Assembly (NCBI GenBank): GCA_943846725.1
Contig: OX044353.1
Coordinates: 1,280,888 to 1,344,887, forward strand
Reading direction: 5' to 3'
Length of the DNA: 64,000 bases
From: an uncultured Gammaproteobacteria bacterium
Lineage (GTDB): Bacteria > Pseudomonadota > Gammaproteobacteria > Nitrosococcales > Methylophagaceae
The notes under the pieces were generated by a model. The model made no database searches and was not told the origin of the DNA. It saw only the letters and a program-made list of their open reading frames with translations. A program made the translations under genes and the position numbers. Below, piece after piece: positions 59,179-64,000 of the stretch (position 1 is its first letter; the number at the start of each line of letters is the position of its first letter).

Positions 59179-59877
59179 ATGCCAAATACCAAGCATGTTA
59201 TTCACCAACCTAGGCCGTTGAGACGGGCAATTATTACCTTAATCAGCCTGATAGTAGCTAGCTCATTATTATGGCTCTACTTAGATTCCACAAGTCATCA
59301 AGCAAGGGAGCAATTCGCTACTTTGAAGAGCGAGCATCAAAGCCGGATGAAAGAGCACCAAGTTCTTCAACAACAGTATGAACTTGCATCAAAAAAACTA
59401 GTAGCGCTAGAACAGTCATTCATTATTCAACATGAAACCAACAAACAACTAGCATTACAAATATCCGAGCTACATAATGAGATTGTTGGACTCAACCGTG
59501 AGCTCAATTTCTATCAAAATATAACGCAAGGCACAGGCTCTAGTGAGTTACAAATTCGTGATTTCTATCTTAGTCCTGCTCCTCTAGATAACGCCTTATT
59601 TAATTATCGTATTGTTATCACGCAAGGTAAGAAAATCAGTAATGCTATTACTGGGACTGTTAGTCTAATGTTGAAAGATAAAGACTCAAAAACAATAAAG
59701 CATGATAGAGTTTTGCAACATAAATTGAAGCTCCGGCAAGTGCAAGTGCTTGATGGGCAAATAAAATTGACTGATAGTGCTAAGCCAAATAAGATCACCG
59801 TGACCTTAAAAAGGAATAAAAAAAAGAGCTTGTCCAAAGACTTTAACTGGCTGCCTAAACCCGTGCATTCGCTATAA
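59179..59877 (+). CDS. membrane-anchored coiled-coil protein of unknown function (possibly DUF6776-like)
   Basis: 232 aa. It has an N-terminal TM helix (AIITLISLIVASSLLWLYL), about 90 aa of heptad-like coiled coil and a C-terminal beta-rich domain. It starts 4 nt after argC and lies 12 nt before the bactofilin gene. Confidence 0.5.
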   Translation: MPNTKHVIHQPRPLRRAIITLISLIVASSLLWLYLDSTSHQAREQFATLKSEHQSRMKEHQVLQQQYELASKKLVALEQSFIIQHETNKQLALQISELHNEIVGLNRELNFYQNITQGTGSSELQIRDFYLSPAPLDNALFNYRIVITQGKKISNAITGTVSLMLKDKDSKTIKHDRVLQHKLKLRQVQVLDGQIKLTDSAKPNKITVTLKRNKKKSLSKDFNWLPKPVHSL

Positions 59878-59889
59878 AGAAAGGTAATT

Positions 59890-60339
59890 ATGTTTAAGAA
59901 ATCTAAAAATAAAGCTAAAGCGGTACGCATAGATACTTTAATAGGTCAAAACACCCAAATTAGGGGTGACCTCAACTTTAGTGGCGGCCTAAGAATCGAC
60001 GGTAAAGTAGTAGGGAACATTACCACTAGCGATAATACTAGTGGCGTATTAACACTGGGCGAACAAGGTAGTATTGAAGGAGAAATCAGAGTTCCTAACC
60101 TGATTATCAATGGTCGAATCAATGGTAATGTTTTTGTTTCTGACCATGTAGAACTTGCCTCTAAAGCCAAAGTAAATGGTAATGTTTATTATCGCTTATT
60201 AGAAATGATGGTTGGCTCAGAAGTGAATGGCCAACTTATCAAAATGACTGCTGAAAATAACGATATTCTCAATCTCGAGAATGAAGTTATTGAGGAATCA
60301 GATACTTTTAAGCTTGAACAAAAAGCAAATCTTGACTAA
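59890..60339 (+). CDS. bactofilin (polymer-forming cytoskeletal protein)
   Basis: 149 aa with repetitive beta-helix turns (IRGDLNFSGGLRIDGKVVGNI..., IEGEIRVPNLIINGRINGNV..., KVNGNVYY) typical of the bactofilin/DUF583 core. Confidence 0.8.
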   Translation: MFKKSKNKAKAVRIDTLIGQNTQIRGDLNFSGGLRIDGKVVGNITTSDNTSGVLTLGEQGSIEGEIRVPNLIINGRINGNVFVSDHVELASKAKVNGNVYYRLLEMMVGSEVNGQLIKMTAENNDILNLENEVIEESDTFKLEQKANLD

Positions 60340-60395
60340 ATTACTCAGGTTTTAGATAATAACTATCTAATTAACAAGTATTTTTGGAGCATATT

Positions 60396-60740
60396 ATGGG
60401 TAGTGAAATGCCAAGCCCTGTTAACTTTACAGATGCCGCAGCAGAAAAAGTTAGTGCCCTTATTCTTGAAGAAGGTAACGAAGACTTAAAACTCCGCGTT
60501 TTCATCACTGGTGGCGGCTGTTCAGGCTTCCAATATGGTTTTACTTTTGAAGAAGAAGTCAGCGAAGCTGATACTCAAGTTGAGAAGAATGGCGTCACAT
60601 TATTAATTGATCCTGCAAGTTATCAATACTTAGTTGGCGCTGAAATTGATTATTCGGACGGTGTCGAAGGCGCACAGTTTGTCATTCGCAACCCTAACGC
60701 GACAACTACGTGTGGTTGTGGGTCTTCATTTTCTGCTTAA
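60396..60740 (+). CDS. erpA: iron-sulfur cluster insertion protein (A-type carrier)
   Basis: I moved the start to the ATG at 60396, which has GGAG 6 nt upstream. This gives 114 aa with [20 protein letters not shown] and C-terminal CGCGSSF. Confidence 0.9.
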   Translation: MGSEMPSPVNFTDAAAEKVSALILEEGNEDLKLRVFITGGGCSGFQYGFTFEEEVSEADTQVEKNGVTLLIDPASYQYLVGAEIDYSDGVEGAQFVIRNPNATTTCGCGSSFSA

Positions 60741-60785
60741 AGTATTTAACTTGCCCTCAGTTGGCTAAAGCTAGTGGGTAGCCCA

Positions 60786-62127
60786 TTATTTGCCGATGCA
60801 AAAGCTGGAGAAGATTTTATCCAGTAAGTCTTCGTTACTGAAGGTACCTGTAATCTCTCCAAGAGACTGCTGAGCAAGTCGTAACTCCTCAGCCAACAAC
60901 TCACCAGCACCCATACCAGCTAAACAGCTATAACCCGACGCCACCGCTTTCCGTGCTCGAGCGAGCGCATCCAAATGTCGTCGCCGAGCAATAAACACCC
61001 CCCTCGTCGTTCGGGTGATACCCCACAGACTCACAAAGGTGTTTTTCTAACAAATCTATTCCTGCACCTGTCTTAGCCGATAAAAATAGTTCTGTGACAC
61101 CATTTTTTTCTGTCATCATCGCGGCATGATCGGTTTTATCAATTTTATTATGGATAATTGTGAGCGGAATATGTTCAGGTAGTGTTGATAAAATCTTTTT
61201 ATCTTGTTCTGTTAAACCCGCATTGCCATCGATTAACAACAAAATACGATCTGCTTGTGCAATCTCATTTTGGGTACGCCTAATACCCTCTTGTTCCACA
61301 ATATCTGTCGCATCATGAAGGCCTGCCGTATCTGAAATTCGCAACGGTAAACCATTAAGATGGATTTGTTCTCGTAAGATATCTCTTGTCGTACCCGCAA
61401 TATCTGTAACGATAGCAGCATCGTGACCTGCAAGTTGATTATGCAAACTTGATTTACCCGCATTCGGCTGACCGGCCAGTACAACACTCATACCATCACG
61501 TAATAAACGTCCTTGTTGTGCGCTCGCGCTAATAGCATCAATCGTAGCAAGCAAATCTTGTAATTGCTTATCGACAGCAGCTTCTGCAAGAAAATCAATT
61601 TCTTCATCACTAAAGTCAATTGCGGCCTCGACATACATTCGTAATTCGGTGAGTTGTGTTAATAAGGTATTGATACGTTCAGAAAATACACCCTGTAAAG
61701 AACGCATTGCACTACGAGCAGCTTGTTCCGTCGTACTCTCTATCAAATCAGCAACGGCTTCTGCCTGAGCCAGATCCATTTTACCGTTAAGGAATGCCCT
61801 TTCAGAAAACTCCCCAGGTCGAGCCATTCGAGCACCTAGGCTTATGGCTGTTTGACAAAGTTTATCTAGGACTAATGGGCTTCCATGACCTTGTAATTCC
61901 ACAATATCCTCGCCAGTAAATGACGCTGGATTAGGAAAGTATAGGACAACACCACTGTCAATGATTTCCCCATCTTTGGCTTTAAAATCACAATATTTAG
62001 CGTGTCTTGGTTTTGCTAAATCACCACAGATAGTTGTCGCTATGTTAGCACTATCATCACCTGACAATCGCACAACACCTACACCACCTCGACCGGGTGC
62101 TGTAGCAATCGCAACAATAGTATCCAT
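60786..62127 (-). pseudogene. mnmE: tRNA modification GTPase MnmE, reading frame interrupted by a frameshift at a G-run (possibly an assembly artefact)
   Basis: Two overlapping ORFs cover the gene. 60928-62127 carries the N-terminal and G domains (MDTIVAIATAPGRGG, GQPNAGKSSL, DTAG). 60786-61034 carries the conserved C-terminus (ARRRHL...[12 protein letters not shown]...FSSFCIGK). Homology switches frame at the run at about 61008-61013. Confidence 0.85.
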
Positions 62128-62142
62128 CAGTGATGATTGGAG

Positions 62143-63779
62143 CTAAAGAGCCCCTAGTTTGCGAGTGATATGCCATTGTTGAGCAATAGATAAAATATTA
62201 TTCACGACCCAGTAAAGCACTAAACCTGACGGGAAGAAAGCAAAAAAGACGGTAAAAACTAGAGGGAACAGTTTCATGACCATCGCTTGTGCAGGATCTT
62301 GGGGTGCCGGGTTTAATTTCTGTTGAATAAACATACTGACACCAAATATAACAGGGAGGATGAAATACGGATCCATTGCTGTTAAGTCGTTAAGCCACCA
62401 TATAAAATCAGCTTGGCGCAATTCGATACTTTCCACTAATACCCAGTAAAAGGCTAAAAATACTGGCATCTGTACCAAAATAGGGTAAACACCCCCCCTA
62501 ATGGGTTGATTTTTTCAGTACGGTACAGTTCCATCATCGCTTGATTATATTTTTGCTTATCGTCGCCATGACGTTCTTTTAAAGCTGCTAACTTAGGTGT
62601 CAATTTACGCATAGAAGCCATTGAGCGATAACTTGCCGCTGATAGTTTATAAAACGCTAATTTAATCAATACCGTTAAAAAGACAATAGCCCAACCCCAG
62701 TTATTGGTCACTGCATAAATCCACTCCATAATAGTGAATAAAGGTTTAGAGAGAATGGTTAAAACACCATAATCAACTGTTAAGTCTAAATTCTCTGCTA
62801 CTTTTTCCAAACGGATATGTTCTTTAGGCCCTAAATACATGCTGTATTTAGCCTGGCTCTTGTCACCCCTAGCGACAGTCATCGTCGGTAATTTTACTCC
62901 AGCAGTATAATTAAGCTCATTGATCGACTTACCATAAAAGCTCTTTGGTTGCCCATCTACTTCTGGAATCATTGCTGCAACAAAATAATGTTGAATCATT
63001 GCTGTCCAACCATCTGCAACAGTAGATTTAAAGCTTGCATCATCTAAATCATCAAAATCAATTTTTTCATACTCATTGCCTAGGCTTGAGAAAACAGCAC
63101 CCGTGTAGGTATAGATAAAGTTAGAACTATCACTTGGACGGTTTCTGTTAAATTGGGCATAGGGATAAGCAGCAAAAGTCTCACCGCTGTTATTGATTAT
63201 TTGATAATCCACTTCAACCAAATAACTATCACGCTTGAAACGATAAGTTTTAATTACTTTCAGGCCATTATCTGACTGCCAATGTAACGGCACAGTAATC
63301 GTATCCTGGCCATCGGCTAAAGAGTACTGTTCATCTTCAGCCGTATATTGCTCATAGTGAGTTGGCGCCGGGCCGTCTGAACGCAAGCCTGATTGCACAA
63401 CAAAAAATTGTTCCGCATCATTATTTAATAATGTGACTGGCACATCTGGTTCTGTCGATTCGATTGGGTAATTCAACAAGGCTAATTCGCGAATGTCGCC
63501 ACCCTCAGTATCAATATATAAATCTAATATATCTGTACGAACATGAACCCGTTTTGAATTGCTGCGCTTTATGCTTGGATCAACAGCTGGTAACTCGCCG
63601 GATACTGTTGACACCACAGGCATATCTGGCAAATCCTTTTTCGATACTTCATCGCTTAATGTTGATACTGCAGGTTCTGCGACTTGTGCAGTTTGAGGGT
63701 AATCACTATGCCATGCTTCCCAAAGCAACAAGGACACGACCAATAGGCCAAAAATAAGAAAAGTTTTGATATTATCCAT
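62143..63779 (-). pseudogene. yidC: membrane protein insertase YidC, reading frame interrupted by a frameshift at a G-run (possibly an assembly artefact)
   Basis: ORF 62454-63779 encodes the N-terminal TM helix, the periplasmic domain and ...[11 protein letters not shown] 62143-62478 encodes the conserved core continuation ([13 protein letters not shown]...FPSGLVLYW). Homology switches frame at the run at about 62492-62498. Confidence 0.85.
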
Positions 63780-64000
63780 TGCGTTTTTTAATCTTCAATT
63801 CAGGAACAGGATCGTTGCCACCAGCGTGCCATGGATGACAATGTGAAATACGTTTTAAACCAAGCCAAGTACCTCGAAAGGCACCATGGCGTTCAATCGC
63901 TTCAATCATATAGCTCGAACAAGTGGGTTGAAAACGGCAGTGCCAGCCGACTAAGGGGCTAAGTAAAAGCTTATAGGCCCGTATAAGGACAATCAGGATT
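63772..64000 (-). CDS. yidD: membrane protein insertion efficiency factor YidD, partial (5-prime end outside the window)
   Basis: This is not in the ORF track because no start codon lies within the window. My minus-strand translation gives [66 protein letters not shown], the YidD signature. The stop position overlapping the yidC start is approximate. Confidence 0.8.
   Translation of the reverse strand, partial: ILIVLIRAYKLLLSPLVGWHCRFQPTCSSYMIEAIERHGAFRGTWLGLKRISHCHPWHAGGNDPVPELKIKKRNG

Noticed and set aside
60928-62500. I considered interpreting the poly-G tracts in mnmE and yidC as phase-variable contingency loci.
   Set aside because: Phase variation targets surface or restriction genes, not essential core genes. 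An artefact or rare slippage is more plausible, and these are reported under findings instead.
1-64000. I searched for mobile or accessory hallmarks: CRISPR repeats, tRNA or rRNA genes, transposase, integrase or phage ORFs, long direct or inverted repeats, and toxin-antitoxin or defence-type gene pairs.
   Set aside because: Every ORF longer than about 130 aa is assignable to a housekeeping or physiological family. All intergenic gaps are 210 nt or shorter. I saw no periodic repeat arrays or cloverleaf-like sequences. This was done by eye only, so a small RNA could have been missed.

Overview
This is a densely packed core-chromosome window from a visibly AT-rich methylotrophic gammaproteobacterium. 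That reading rests on fae plus methanofuran/H4MPT cofactor genes, pilMNOPQ-aroK-aroB-damX-like synteny, and yidD-yidC-mnmE at the right edge, which is normally origin-proximal. I count about 60 protein genes. I saw no rRNA, tRNA, CRISPR array, transposase, integrase or phage genes.

Blocks from left to right:
- 1-6.3 kb: fae and a translationally coupled string of Mfn-like (methanofuran) genes with pabB.
- 6.3-14.3 kb: damX-like, aroB, aroK and pilQPONM.
- 14.5-18.7 kb: PBP1A, an M48 lipoprotein protease and rpmE.
- 18.8-26 kb: a tightly coupled miaB-ybeZ-ybeY-corC-lnt-trkH-methyltransferase string.
- 26-29.4 kb: DUF2721-like, radC, a cytochrome b plus dihaem cytochrome c pair, and a hemerythrin-like gene.
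- 29.4-35.4 kb: thyA, then a candidate metal module made of a GAFTGA-less AAA+ regulator, a Cys-motif/His-tail membrane protein, a divergent OprC-like TonB-dependent receptor and an FNR-type reductase.
- 35.4-49.8 kb: a phosphate supercluster (ppx, phoU-pstBACS, phoRB, recQ, PiT transporter).
- 49.9-60.7 kb: housekeeping genes dsbD, aroQ, accBC, prmA, dusB, fis, purH, argC, a coiled-coil protein plus bactofilin, and erpA.
- 60.8-64 kb: mnmE and yidC, both split by frameshifts at G-runs, and a partial yidD.

Most of the window is ordinary. I do not see a clear-cut novel defence or mobile system. The most unusual items are the regulator/membrane-protein/receptor module at 30.2-35.4 kb, the degenerate hemerythrin-like protein, and the two neighbouring frameshifted essential genes.

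CDS coordinates follow the supplied ORF track unless stated. Motifs I located by hand may be off by 1-2 nt.
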